Shown: piece by piece, positions 1-12,569 of the stretch
How the letters are laid out: each line of letters begins with the position of its first letter
Numbering within the stretch: the stretch's first letter is position 1
Source: Hemiscyllium ocellatum
Taxonomy: Eukaryota
Reading direction: 5' to 3'
DNA length: 64,000 bases
Assembly: GCF_020745735.1 (NCBI RefSeq)
Contig: NC_083409.1
Span: 20,408,098 to 20,472,097, forward strand
The notes under the pieces: model-generated
Seen by the model: only the letters and a program-made list of their open reading frames with translations
The model's database searches: none
Told to the model about the DNA's origin: nothing
Translations under genes and position numbers: made by a program

Positions 1-313
1 AACATTTTAACGCTGAGATTGCCAAACCAATAGAAAATTAACTGTGGTTTGGTTTGAATGCATGCTTACTTGTTGTGGATTCAATATAGAAAACAGGTGC
101 AGGAGTAGGCCATTCGGCCCTTCAAGCTAGCACCATCATTTATTATGGCCATGGCTGATTATGTACAATCATTATCCTGTTCCGGTGTTATCTCCATAAC
201 CCTTGTTTTGAACTTAATTGCATTTTGGGACTTTATGATTATTTTGATTAACAATCGCTGATTATGAAATGCAAATTCTGTAAAACGTAATGCTGACGAA
301 GCTTTTAACTTAC

Positions 314-396
314 TTGCTGTTCTTACAGACCGTGACTGCCCCACTATCAATTCTAACGAGTCAGATCTATGTCCTCTTTGAATTTGAACCACAACC
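314..396 (-). other. Candidate internal exon (83 nt) of an unidentified minus-strand gene
   Basis: Minus strand reads ttttttttcttttcAG|GGTTGTGG...ACAGCAA|GTAAGT (strong acceptor and donor). One frame is open (VVVQIQRGHRSDSLELIVGQSRSVRTA). It lies downstream of the CpG island at ~1.9-2.5 kb. Confidence 0.45.
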
Positions 397-653
397 CTGA
401 AAAGAAAAAAAATGTCTAATTCAAGACAAATGAATCGTTTGAAATACAACTTTACAGTAACAATTCAGCCTCAGGTTCAGAATGATTGTTTGCTTAAGAT
501 AAAAAGCAAGAGTCTGCTCATAGTTTAAAAATTATTCTCACCCAATATAGAAGAGATTCTGACACAATCTATGAGGTAGCCATTTTTTAAATGCCCTCCT
601 CGCTAAGAAGCCATTTTGTAAAAAACGATACTTGACATGCAAGGTTAACTTAC

Positions 654-721
654 GACTTCTCCCACTTAGTTTCGACTGGTACCTCCTTATTGTCAGGACT
701 TGTCTCGCCAAGTGCTTAAAT
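654..721 (-). other. Weaker candidate exon upstream of 314-396
   Basis: Strong GTAAGT donor after 654. The acceptor (AG before 714 or 721) has a poor pyrimidine tract. Splicing from 714 gives an open frame continuous with 314-396 (LGETSPDNKEVPVETKWEKS-VVVQ...). Confidence 0.25.
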
Positions 722-1859
722 CTAATCAAATGCAATGTTTTTGTAAAATTTTGTATGAAGGAAACCTGTTTGTGACAGGAGAGTTACCTGCTAGAGCTCT
801 TCAAGGCAGAGCTGGTCGCTACTCTCCTAAGATTTTAGAATCTTAGTTAGTCTGGCTAATAAGTCCCAGTGTTATGTTGTAACAGTGATGTTATTGGTAA
901 ATAAAGGGGAAGACTAAAATTAAACTAAAAACTGTCCATAAGATGTTTTTATTCCAGGCTATTCCAGACTCAGAGTACGATCGCTGGGACAAACCAAGAG
1001 AGGCTTACAGGTCTGAGGCCACAAGGGATTCCTTGGGCGATCTCAAATCTGTACTTTAACATCAGTGCCTGCTAATTTTCATATAACATACGTTGTTGCC
1101 TCAAATCTGTGCTCATCTTTCCCAAATTCTACATGTAAACCCTTCCAATCAAGTTTGTAATTTGCCACATTTTTGAAATAACTCTTATCCAAGCCACATC
1201 TAACACGACGACTGAAGTAAATTGTTTTATTCTCCGTCTCAATCTACACACATCTCCGTCTAACACACAATTCTCCTAAAACACAATCTTCTGGTATCCA
1301 GCTGGCAGCTCAGGGGCTGTTATCATTTAGTCCCAATTCTATGGATGTGTTTGTAGCCAAAGAAGCCAATGAACTTAGCCTTTATTGCCTCCTCAATTAT
1401 GACAGTTATTGAACAGTTCCTTCAAAACTAAAACCTTCCATCTAAAAGAACAACGTCAGATATATGGGAAAACTACTACCTGCAAATTCCCCTTCAAGCC
1501 ACTCACCATTCTGACTTAGAAATATACTGACACTCATTCACTATCACTGGTTCAAAATACAGCAACTCCACCCAAGGGCACTGAGGATCTACCTACAGCA
1601 CACACACTGCAGTGGTTCAAGGCAGCCCACGACCACCTACTCAAAGGTAACTCGGTATGAACAATAATGCTGGACCAGCAGGACACCCACATCCCCTACA
1701 TTCTTGTTTTCCGTAATAACAGATGAGCAGGGGTTTTCTCCAACTGAAGATTAAAGTAATTGCTTTGAATCCAGTCTCCATTACAACAGTAGTTGAAGCC
1801 AGTCTGGACAATCTTGGTGTCAGATTTGACTCTGAGAGGAGCTCCAAGCCTCACTGGGC

Positions 1860-2550
1860 TGTTCTCTCTGACACTGAGCCGTTCCGTTTTGAATTCCCCG
1901 CGATCCAAACACTCGTGCACCGTGGCCGGTCATGCCGCGCCTGCGCAATGACACATTGGCCGACAGAGGCGCGCCTGCGTACGACCCAAGGCCGGTAATC
2001 CCACGCCTGCGCAATGACACCGCGTCATATCGTACCGCGCCTGCGCAATGACACTGCTGCGGGTAACCTGACGGCTTTCTCTCAAATGTAATCCCCGCTG
2101 TCCCGGTCAACACCGGAGCCGGCATCGGCGGGTCCACCACCCAAACAATACACGAACACATAGAAAACCCTCCCCCACTGAGGGAAAAGGAGGAATTCGT
2201 GCAAGGCAATGGAATCGGTCGCACTCCAATTATTATAAACTACTATTTTAAATATAAGTACGACTTGAATAATTGGTTTCACTTCAGTCTGTTCAACTTT
2301 TTTTTTACCGAATAAGTACCAAGCGAGATACAGCGATTCATTGGCGCCACGTTGAGGCGTAAGACCAGCAGGGAGGGTGGTCCCTGTGATCACGTGAGCA
2401 AATACGACCTGTTGTGTGGCATGACGTCACTGGCCCCGCCTCCAGCAGCGCTGATGAATGAATGAGCTCTTCCCAAGGAAGTAGTGACCCATCCAATCCA
2501 GGGTCCAATCCAGGAAGCAGCAAATGCTCACCTCCCAGCGCACACACATG
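1860..2550. promoter_or_regulatory. CpG-island promoter (possibly bidirectional)
   Basis: Dense CpG in an otherwise CpG-depleted window. Contains NRF1-like GCGCCTGCGCA repeats, ATTGG (CCAAT box, ~2340), a CACGTG E-box (~2391), a TGACGTCA CRE (~2422) and a GC box CCCCGCCTCC (~2434). Confidence 0.7.
1937..2054. repeat. Four tandem ~33-bp units each with an NRF1-like motif
   Basis: GCGCCTGCGCA at 1937, GCGCCTGCGTA at 1971, ACGCCTGCGCA at 2003 and GCGCCTGCGCA at 2037. Three of the four are followed by ATGACAC. Confidence 0.75.
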
Positions 2551-3549
2551 TGTCTTTCCAAAGGTCTAGTCCACCCACAAAGGACCAGGCTGACCCACAG
2601 AGGAATCTTTCCTCTGGAAAGGTGCATTATCTCACAGGGGACTCAGTCCAACATCAAAAACGTGAAGGCACATGCAAAAGCAAAACAAAGAAAACCAGAA
2701 CGCAAGGACTAAGACCTGCCACAAAATCAACATAATCCTTTAAGATTTGGTATTCTTCCAATTCTGTCCTGATCAGAACAAAATTAAAAGCTTCAAACAG
2801 CATTTCCCTTTTCAGAAAAAGTAAATTGAGTTTGAAAGAACGTCAGCCCCTGAAATGTTATCTGTATCTTTCCCCACAAATGCTGACTAAACTTGATGGG
2901 TACTTCCGGACAATCCTGTTTAAATCAGACACTTTGTGGGAGTGTTATCGGACAAAATAAAATCACCAAGAGCCAGAAAAGGCACTACGAAACAAGATGA
3001 CCCAATGCTTTATTGAAGGGATAGGTTTTAAGGAGCAGCATGAAGGATGAAAAAGAGACAGAAAGGCAGTTTCAGACCTTAGGGCCTCAACAGCTGAGGG
3101 GACTGTCTTCAATGGTGAAATAAATAGGTAGCACAGCCACAATAAGAGACAGGCTGCATGAGTTGTCCATCTCCCAGCAGCTGAGTCAGTTCACCCAGCA
3201 GTTAATCTCTCCTCTCCTGTCTTACCCTACCTCAGGTCATGTGGCATGTAAAAACCCGTAATCTGTTTTCCCCTCACATGTTTGTGGTGTCTGGGTACCA
3301 TTTACTGCCTGTCCCTAATAGCCCTGGAGAATGGGGTATATGGAGTGTATATTGCACGAGTACACACACTGCTGTTGGAGAAGGAGTTACAAGATCCGTA
3401 TCTCACCACAGTGAAAGAACACTGATACATTTCCACGTCTGCTGCCCTTGGCTTTCTGGATGGTGAGGCCATGGGTTTGGAGTATGGTTGATTTATTGCA
3501 GCGTGGTCAACCTTGTGATTGAAGGAAGATCATTGATGTAGCAGTGAAG

Positions 3550-5700
3550 ATCATAGAGACCCTTCAGTCTAACTTGTCCATGCTGACAGGATATCCTAAC
3601 CTAATCTAGTCCCATTTGCCAGCACTTGGCCCATATCCCTCTAAACCCTTCCTATGCTTTTATCCATCCAGATGCCTTTTAAATGCTGTAATTGTACCAG
3701 CTTCCACCACTTCCTCTGGCAGCTTATTTCATACATGCACCACCTTCTGCGTGAAAAAGTTGTCTCTAAAGTTCATTTTATATCTTTCCCCTCTACCCTA
3801 AAACTGAGCGCTCTAGTTCTGGACTTCCTGACCCCAGGGAAAAGACTTTGTCTATTCACCCTATTCACGCCCTTCATAATTTTATAAAACTCTATAAGGT
3901 CAGCCCTCAGCCTCCGACGCTTCAGGGAAAACAGCCTCAGCCTAATTAGCCTCTCCGTGCAGCTCAACTCTTTCAACCATGGCAACAGCCTTGTAAATCT
4001 TTTCTGAACCCTTTCAAGTTTCACAACATCCTTCTGATAGGAAGGAAACCAGAATTGTACACAATATTCCAAAAGTGGTCTAACCAATGCTCTGTATAGC
4101 CGCAACATGACCTCCCAACTCTCTGTACTCAATACTCTGACCAGTAAAGGAAAGTATACCAAACACCTCCTTCACTATCCTATCTACCTGCAACTCTACT
4201 TTCAAGGAACTATGAACCTGCTCTCCAAGGCCTCTTTGTTCAGCACCTCTCTGTAGGATCTTACCGTTAAGTATATAAGTCCTGCTCTGATTTGCTTTTC
4301 CAAAATGCAGCACCTCACATTTATCTAAATTAAACTCCATCTGCAACTCGTCAGCCCATTGGCTATCTGATCAAGATCCCATTGTACTCTGTTGTAACCT
4401 TCTTCGCTGTCCACACTGCCTCCAATTTTGGTGTCATCTGCAAACTTATTAACTATACCTCTTATATTCACATCCAAATCATTTATATGAATTATGAAAG
4501 GTAGTGGACCCAGCACCGAACCTTGTGGCACTCCACTGGTCACAGGCCTCCAGTCTGAAAAACAACCCTCCACCACCACTCTCTGTTTCTACCTCTGAGC
4601 CAGTTCTGTATCCAAATGTACAGTTCTCCCTGTATTCTGTGAGATCTAACCTTGCTAACCAATCTCCCATGAGGAACCTTGTCGAACGCCTTACTGAAGT
4701 CCATTTGGATCACTTGCACTGCTTTGTCCTCATCAATTTTCTTTGTGATCTTCAAAAACCCCAATCAAGTTTGTGAGGCATGATTTCCACGTACAAAGCC
4801 ATACAGACTATCCCTAATCAGTCCTTGCCTTTCCAAATGCATGTAAATCCTGTCCCTCAGGATTCCCTTCAATAACTTGCCCACCACCGACGTCGGGCTC
4901 TTTGGTCTATAGTTCCATGGCTTTTCCTTACCCCTTTTCTTAAACAAGGGCATCACATTAGCCAACCTCCAGGCTTCCGGTACCTCACCTGTGACTATCG
5001 ATCATACAAATATCTTAGCAAAGGGCCCAGCAATCACTTCCCTAGCCTCCCACAGAATTCTAGGGTACACCTGATCAGGTCCTTAGGATTTATTAACTTT
5101 TATGTATTTCGAGACTTTCAGCACATCCTCCTCTGAAATATGAACATTTTCCAAGGTGTCACCATCTGTTTCCCCACATTGTATATCTTCCATTTCCTTC
5201 TCCACAGTACCCTGATGCAAAGTACTCATTTTCTATCTTCGCCATCTCCTGCGGTTGTACACACAGGCTGCCTTGCTGATCTTTGAGGGGCCCTATTCTC
5301 TCCCCAGTTCTCATCCTTTTGTCCTTAATGCATATATAAAAACTCTTTGGATTCTCCTTAACCCTATTTGACAAGGCTATCGCATGTTCCCTATTTGCCC
5401 TCCTGATTTCCCTCTTAAGTATACTCCTATTGCCTTTATACTCTTCAAAGGATTCACTCGATCTCTGCTGTCTATACCTGACATGTGCTTCCTACTTTTT
5501 CTGAACTAAAATCTCAATTTCTCTAGTCATCCAACATTCCCTACACCTCTCAGCCTTACTTTCACCCTAAAAGGAATGCACTCTCTCTGGCTTCCCTTTT
5601 CCCAGCCGTCCCTTTACCTTTCTAGCCGAATACTGTCAAAGTTAGCCTTCCTTCAATTTAAAACTTCAACTTTTAGATGTGGTTTATCCTTTTTCATCAT
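3550..5700 (-). mobile_element. CR1/HER1-type LINE, 5'-truncated, decayed ORF2 (RT)
   Basis: Fragmented frames GVPQGSVLGP, FADDTKIGG, MDFSKAFDKVPHGRL and EYCVQFW, with a typical shark CR1 3'UTR at ~3550-3770. Confidence 0.9.
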
Positions 5701-6574
5701 TATTTTAAAACTAATAGAATTGTGATAGCTGGCCCCAAAGTGCTCCCCCACTGACATTCAGTCACTTGTCCTGCCTTATTTCCCAATAGTAAGTCAAGTT
5801 TTCTACCTTCTCTATTTGGTACATCCACATACCGAATCAGAAAAGTCTCTTGATGATTGATCCTGACTCATTACCCTGAGGAACTCCTGCAATGATGTCC
5901 TTGGACTGAGATGTTTAAGTTCAATTCCCTCCTCCACTACTTTAGTAATCCTTTCAAAAATTAAATCAGGCAAGTTCCATCAGGCATGACCTATAATTGA
6001 CAAATCTGTACTGCTAGTCTCTGATTAGCTGAACATTTTCAAGGTGTACAGTCACCTTAACCTTACTTATCCACTGTAGTAATTCCCTAGCAACAGATGT
6101 TGTGCTAACAGGTCTATAATTCCTTCATTGTCATCTCTCACTTTTCTTAAACAGTGGAATGACATGAAAAATTTTCCCATTTAAATGAATGCTACCAAAT
6201 GGAGAGAACTTTGGAAGATTATGAAGTCAAAGCATCTGAAATGTTCTGACCAGCTTCCTTCAAAATTTGATGATAGAAACCACCTAATCCTGAGGGTTTG
6301 TCATCATTTAGTAAAATTATATTCTACATTGCTGTTGTTAATTTTGAAGAGTGCCCATCACTGATCCAATATTAATTTCCTTGGAACAGCCAGCTGGCAT
6401 CTTCCTCCTCAGTAGATAATGATCCAGTGTAATTCCTTAGTCACTGTGCTCACCTTTCTTACTTTCCATTGGCAATGTCACTATTGTCAATTTTCATACT
6501 TTGGTCCTGACCACCCTGTATTCCATGACATAATTGTAAATGACATTGGATAGCACTAAAGGGTTAAAAGTGAA

Positions 6575-7150
6575 ATTAACAACAGAATCATGAAGTTGTC
6601 ACGGCGTAGGAGATGTCCTTTGGTCCATCGTGTATGTACTAGCTCTCTGAATGAGTGTTATGACTCAATGCCAATTTCCTGCCTCTTCCCAATGACCCCA
6701 GACATTGTTTCTGTTTAACCAACCGTCCAGTACTCCACGTGAACCTGCTTCCACCACAATTCCAGGCTGTGCATTACAGATGCTAATTGCTTGCTGTGTG
6801 AGAAGATTTTCTTCTCGTGTTAATTTTGTTTCTTTGTGAATAACCATGAATCTGTACCCCCTCATGCTTGATCCTTTTAGGAGGGGTAACACTTTCTCCC
6901 TAGTCACTCTGTCCAGACCCTCCATGATTTTGAAAGTTTCAATCAAATCTCCTCTCAGCCTTCAACTCTCCAAGGAAAACAGTCTCAACATCTTCCATCT
7001 TTCTTCCCAATTGAAGTACCTCATCCCTGGAATATTCGTGTAAATCACTCTGGACTCTCTCCAATGTGTTCACATACTTTCCCGAGCATGACTCCCAGAA
7101 CACAATAGTACACAACAGAATGCAGGAACTATCTAGAAAGTGTGACCCTG
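6575..7150 (-). mobile_element. Older CR1-type LINE 3' fragment
   Basis: LERVQ...FSL...DLIETFKIMEGLDRV C-terminal RT-tail motifs. Confidence 0.7.
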
Positions 7151-8949
7151 CAATAATGAACAATGGTCAAAAGAGCTGAACTAAGCAAAGTATGCAAAAC
7201 TGTACTTAACCAAAATTAGCCACATTTGCAGAACACAGAACATAGAACAATACAGCGCAGAACAGGCCCTTCGTCCCACGATGTTTTGCCGACCAGTGAA
7301 CTAATCTAAGCTCATCCCCCTACACTATCCCAACATCATCCATATGCTTACTAAAGGACTGTTTAAATGCCCCTAATGTGGCTGAGTTAACTACATTGGC
7401 AGGTAGGGCACACCTTTACCACTCTCTGACTAAAGAACCTTCCTCAGACATCTGTGTTAAATCTATCACCCCTCAATTTGCAGCTATGCCCGCTTGTACA
7501 AGCCAACATTATCATCCTTAGTAAAAGACTCTAACTGTCTACCCTACCTAATCCTTTGATCATCTTGTATGTCTCTGTTAAATCCTTCTTAGCTTTCTTC
7601 TCTCCAATGAGAACGGACCCAAGTCCCTCAGCCTTTCCTCCTAAGACCTTCCCTCCAGACCAGGCACATCCTGGTAAATATCCTCTACACCTTTTCCAAT
7701 GCTTCCACATCCTTCCTGTAATGGGGCGATCAGAACTGTACACAATATTCCAAGTGAGGTCACACTAGCATTTTGTACAGTGGCAGCATGACATCATGGC
7801 TCTGGAACTCAATCCCTCTACCAATAAAACCTAACGCACCGTGTGCCTTCCTAACAGCACCATCAACCTGGATGGTAACTTTCAAGGATCTATGCACATG
7901 CACTCCAAGATTCCTCTGCACATACACACTATCAATAATCTTTCCATTGACCCAGCATTCTGCTTTCCTGTTATTCTTCCGAAAGTGAATCACCTCACAT
8001 TTATCTGCATTGAACTCCATTTTCCATCTCTCAGCCCAATTATCCAAGTCCCCTTGCAACCTGCAACATTTTTCCACACTATCCACTACTCCACTGACTT
8101 TAGTGTCATCTGCAATTTTACTAACCCATCGACCTCTGCCTGCATCCAAATCATTTATAAGAATGACAAACGGGTCCCAAAACAGATCCTTATGGCACAC
8201 CACTAGTAACCGAACTTCAGGCTGAATATTTTCCACTCGCTGCCTTCTTACAGAAAGCAAGTTTCTACTCCAAACTGCTGAATCACCCTCAATCCCATGC
8301 CTTGCATTTTCTCCAACAGCCTACCTTGTGGAACCTTATCAAAGGCTTTACTGAAGTCCATGTACGCTACGTGAACTGCCCTACCCTCATCCATATGTTT
8401 GGTCACCTTCTCAAAAGACTCAGTGAGGTTTGTGAAACAAGACCTGCCCTTGACGAAACTATGTTGACTATCTGCCATCAAATTGTTGCTTGCTGGATGA
8501 TTATAAATCTTACCTCTTATAATCCTTTTCAAAACTCTTCCTACAATAGATGTAAGGCTACCTGGTCTATAATTACTTGGGTCATTTCTACTGCCATTCT
8601 TGAACAAGGGCATATCATTTGCAATCCTCCAGTCCTCTGGTACTAAACCTGCAGACAATGACGAATCAAAGATCAAAGCCAAAGGCTCCCAGGGAATCCG
8701 AAGATTTATGCCATCCAGCCCAGGGAACTTGTCTACTTTTACTCCTATCAGAATTGACAACATCTCTTCTTTACAAACCTCAATCTTTTCTAGTCTAATA
8801 TCTTGTATCTCATTCTTCTCGTCGACAATATTCTCCTTTTCTTGAGTGAAAACAGATGAGAAATATTCATTTAGCACTTCTCCGATCTCCACAGGGTGCA
8901 CACACAACTTCCCACTGCTGTCTTTGACTGGCCCTATTCCTACCCTAGT

Positions 8950-9166
8950 TTAGATCAGAGTGGTACTGGAAAGGCACAGCAGGTCAGGCAGCATCGAGGA
9001 GCAAGGAAAATCGCCGTTTTGGGCAAAAGCCCTTCATCTATTCCTGAAGGGCTTTTGCCCAAAACATCGATTTTCCTGCTCATCGGATGCTGCCTGACCT
9101 GCTGTGCTTTTCCAGCACCACTCTGATCTAAACTCTGGTTTCCAGCATCTGCACTCCTCACTTTTG
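8950..9166. mobile_element. Palindromic Penelope-like pLTR insertion with 17-bp TSD
   Basis: ~85-bp inverted arms. CCTATTCCTACCCTAGT is repeated at 8933-8949 and 9167-9183. The hammerhead cores are degenerate. Confidence 0.85.
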
Positions 9167-10788
9167 CCTATTCCTACCCTAGTCATCCTTTTATTCTTCA
9201 CATATCTATAGAAAGCTTTAGGGTTCTCCTTTATTCTACCTGCTAAAGACTGTTCATATCCTTTCTTTGCTCTTCTTAACTCTCTCTTTAACTCATTCCT
9301 AGCTAATCTGTAACTCTCCATCGCCTCATCTGAATCATCTCATCTCATTGTCGCAGAAGCCTCCTTCTTCTGCTTAACAAGAGATGAAATGTCTTTAGTA
9401 AATCACGGATCCCTTACCTTATCAGTTCCTCCCTGCCTGACAGGGACATATCTATCAAGGACACGCAATATCTGTTCCTTAAACTAGCGCTCCATTTTGA
9501 TTGTCCCCATCCCTGTATCTTGCTACCCCATTTATGTATCCTTCATCTTGCCAAATTGCATTATAATTACCCTTCCTCCATCTATAACTGTTGCCCTGTG
9601 GCATGTACCTATCCCTTTCCATCACTAAACTAAATGGAACCGAATTATGGTCACTCTCACCAAAGTGTCTTCCTACCACTAAATCAAACACCAGGCCTGG
9701 TTCATTAACAAGCACCAGACCCAGTGTGGCCTCTCTTATTGTCGGCCCTTCAACATATTGTGTCAGGAAACTCTCCTGTACATACTGGACAGAAACTGAT
9801 CCATCTGATGTTTTAGAATTCCAGCATTTCCAGTCAATGTTGGGGAAGTTAAAGTCCCCCATAATGAGGACCCTGTTCCTTTCCCTCTTACCCAGAATCG
9901 TTTTGTCGATTCTCTCCTCCACATCGCTGGAACTCTGTGGATGCCTGTAAAGAACTCCCAGCAGTGTGCCTTCTCATCCTGTTTCTTACCTCAGCCCATA
10001 CCACCTCAGTAGGTGAATCCTTGTCAAAAGTTCTTTCAGCCACCGTTATACCATCCTTGACTAACAAGGTCACACCTTCCCCTCTTTTACTTTTTTCCCT
10101 GTTCTTAGTGAAAGATCTAAACCCTGGAACCTGCAACATCTATTCCTGACTCTGCTCTATCCATGTCTCCGAAATGGCCACACCCTTGAAGTCCCAGGTA
10201 CCTATCCATGCTGCAAGGCACCTACCTTATTTCAGATACTTCTAGTGTTGAAGTAGACACACTTCAAATCACTTCGCTGTCTGCCAGCACATTCCTGTGA
10301 CCGTGAAATCCTGTCCATGCCCTCCCTTCTCTCATCCTCCTGTGCACTGGAACGACACCTCAGGTTCCCATCCACCTGCTGTGGTAGTTTAAACCCACCA
10401 GAATAGTACCAGCAAATTTCCCACCCAAGATATTAGTACCCTTCTGGTTCAAGTGAAGACCATCCTGTTTGTCGAGGTCCTACCTTCCCCAGAATGAGCC
10501 CCAATTAATCATACACCTGAAACCCTCTCTCTTGCACCATCCCTGCAACCACACATTCCGCTGATCTCTCTCCCTATTCCTTGCCTTGCTATAACGTGGC
10601 ACAGGTAACAAACCAGAGATAACAACTCTTTTTGATAGCTCTCAGCTTCCACCCTAGCTCCCTGAAATCATGCTTTACATCCCTATCCCTCTTTCTACCT
10701 ATGTCGTTGGATCACAACTTGAGTCTGGTCACCCTCTCCCTTCAGGACCCCAAAGACAAGATCCAAAACATCATGGACCCTGGCACCT

Positions 10789-12249
10789 CGAGGAGAAAGT
10801 GAGGACTGCAGATGCTGGAGATCAGAGCTGAAAATGTGTTGCTGGAAAAGCGCAGCAGGTCAGGCAGCATCCAAGGAGCAGGAGGATCGATGTTTCGGGC
10901 ATGAGCCCTTCTTCAGGAATGAGGAAAGTGTGCTCAGCAGGCTAAGATAAAAGGTAGGGAGAAGGGACTTGGGGGAGGGGGTTGGAAATGCGATAGTGGA
11001 AGGAGGTTAAGGTGAGGGTGATAGGCCGGAGTGGGGGTGGAGGCGGAGAGGTCAGGAAGAAGATTGCATGTTAGGAAGGTGGTGCTGAGTTCGAGGGTTG
11101 GGACTGAGACAAGATGGGGGAGGGGAAATGAGGAAACTGGAGAAATCTGAATTCATCCCTTGTAGTTGGAGGTTTCCCAGGCAGAAGATGAGGTGCTCTT
11201 CCTCCAGCCATCGTGCTGCTATGGTCTGGCGATAGAGGAGTCCGAGGACCTACAAATCCTTGGTGGAGTGGGAGGGGGAGTTGAAGTGTTGAGCCACGGG
11301 GTGGTTGGGTTGGTTGGTCTGGGTGTCCAAGAGGTGTTCTCTGAAACGTTCCGCAAATAGGCGGCCTGTCTCCCTAATATAAAGGAGGCCAAATCGGGTG
11401 CAGCGGATACAGTAAATGATGTGTGTGGAGGTGCAGGTGAATTTGTGGAGGACATGGAAGGATCCCTTGGGACCTTGGAGGGAAGTAAGGGGGGAGGTAT
11501 GGGCGCAAGTTTTGCATTTCTTGCGGTTGCAGGGGAAGGTGCCGGGAGTGGATGTTGGGTTAGTGGGGCATGTGGACCTGACAAGGGAGTCACGGAGGGA
11601 GTGGTCTTTTCGGAACGCTAATAGGGGAGGGGAGAGAAATATATCCCTGGTAGTGGGTTCCATTCGGAGGTGGCGGAAGTGACAACAGATGATATGATGT
11701 ATGTGGAGGTTGGTGGGTTGGCAGGTGAGGACCAGTGGGGTCCTGTCCTGTGTGATTGGAGGGGCGGGGCTCCAGGGCGGAGGAGTAGGAAGTGGAGGAC
11801 ATGCGGTGGAGAACTTCATCGATCACATCTGGGAGGAAATTGCGGTCTTTGAAGAAGGAATACCGTACAATCCAGATGGCCTCATCTTCTGCCTGGGAAC
11901 CCTACAACCACAAGGGATGAACTCAGATTTCTCCAGTTTCCTCATTTCCCCTTCCCCCACCTTGTCTCAGTCTCAACCCTCGAACTCAGCACTACCTTCC
12001 TCACCTGCAATTATCTTCCTGACCTCTCCGCCCCCACACCTACTCCGGCCTATCACCCTCACCTTAACTTCCTTCCACCTATCGCGTTTCCAAACATCCC
12101 TCTCCCAAGTCCCTCCTCCATACCTTTTCTCTTAGCCTGCTGGGCACACTTTCCTCATTCCTGAAGAAGGGCTCTTGCCCAAAATGTCGATTCTCCTGCT
12201 CCTTGGATGCTGCCTGACTTGCTGCGCTTTTCCAGCAATACATTTTCAG
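10789..12249 (-). mobile_element. Penelope-like element (Neptune-type), GIY-YIG end with inverted pLTR, 10-bp TSD
   Basis: ORF 11250-11819 (CKTCAH...IYCIRC...LYIRETGR...RFREH...VAQHFN). 11850-12249 is an inverted copy of the 3' end. CCTGGCACCT occurs at 10779-10788 and 12250-12259. Confidence 0.9.
10889..10916 (-). ncRNA. Minimal hammerhead ribozyme motif in Penelope pLTR
   Basis: Minus strand CUGAAGA-A-GGGC-UCAU-GCCC-GAAAC-AUC: intact core, 4-bp helix II, NUH triplet. Confidence 0.6.
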
Positions 12250-12569
12250 CCTGGCACCTGGGTCCAACACACCAAACGTGAGTCTCATTCATTCCCAGCA
12301 AACCTTCTATCTGACCTTCGAGCTATTGAGTCCCCAATGACTAACGCTCTCCTCCTTTCGCTCCTTCCCTTCTGTGCAACAGGGTCAGACTCTGTGCCAG
12401 AGATCTGCACCCCACTGAATGGCCCTGGTAAGTCGCTCCCCTCCAAAGGTGTCCAAAATGATGCGAAAAGTAGTATTACCCCAAGAGGGAAGGGTGGGGT
12501 GGGGATAGTGACCGCGACACCCCCAGAGAGTGCGGAAAGTAACCCTGACACATTCAAAACTGTGTTATC

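Larger units (their letters stand above)
7235..12420 (-). mobile_element. Near full-length decayed CR1 LINE (ORF1 esterase remnant, APE endonuclease, RT) interrupted by two Penelope insertions
   Basis: RT motifs at 7500-8900 (YMDFSKAFDKVP, KIADDTK), APE at 9480-10300 (MGDFNFPNIDW, ESDHNSV), and ORF1 SGNH-like ALVIGDSIARRSDRRF at ~12290-12360. Confidence 0.9.
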
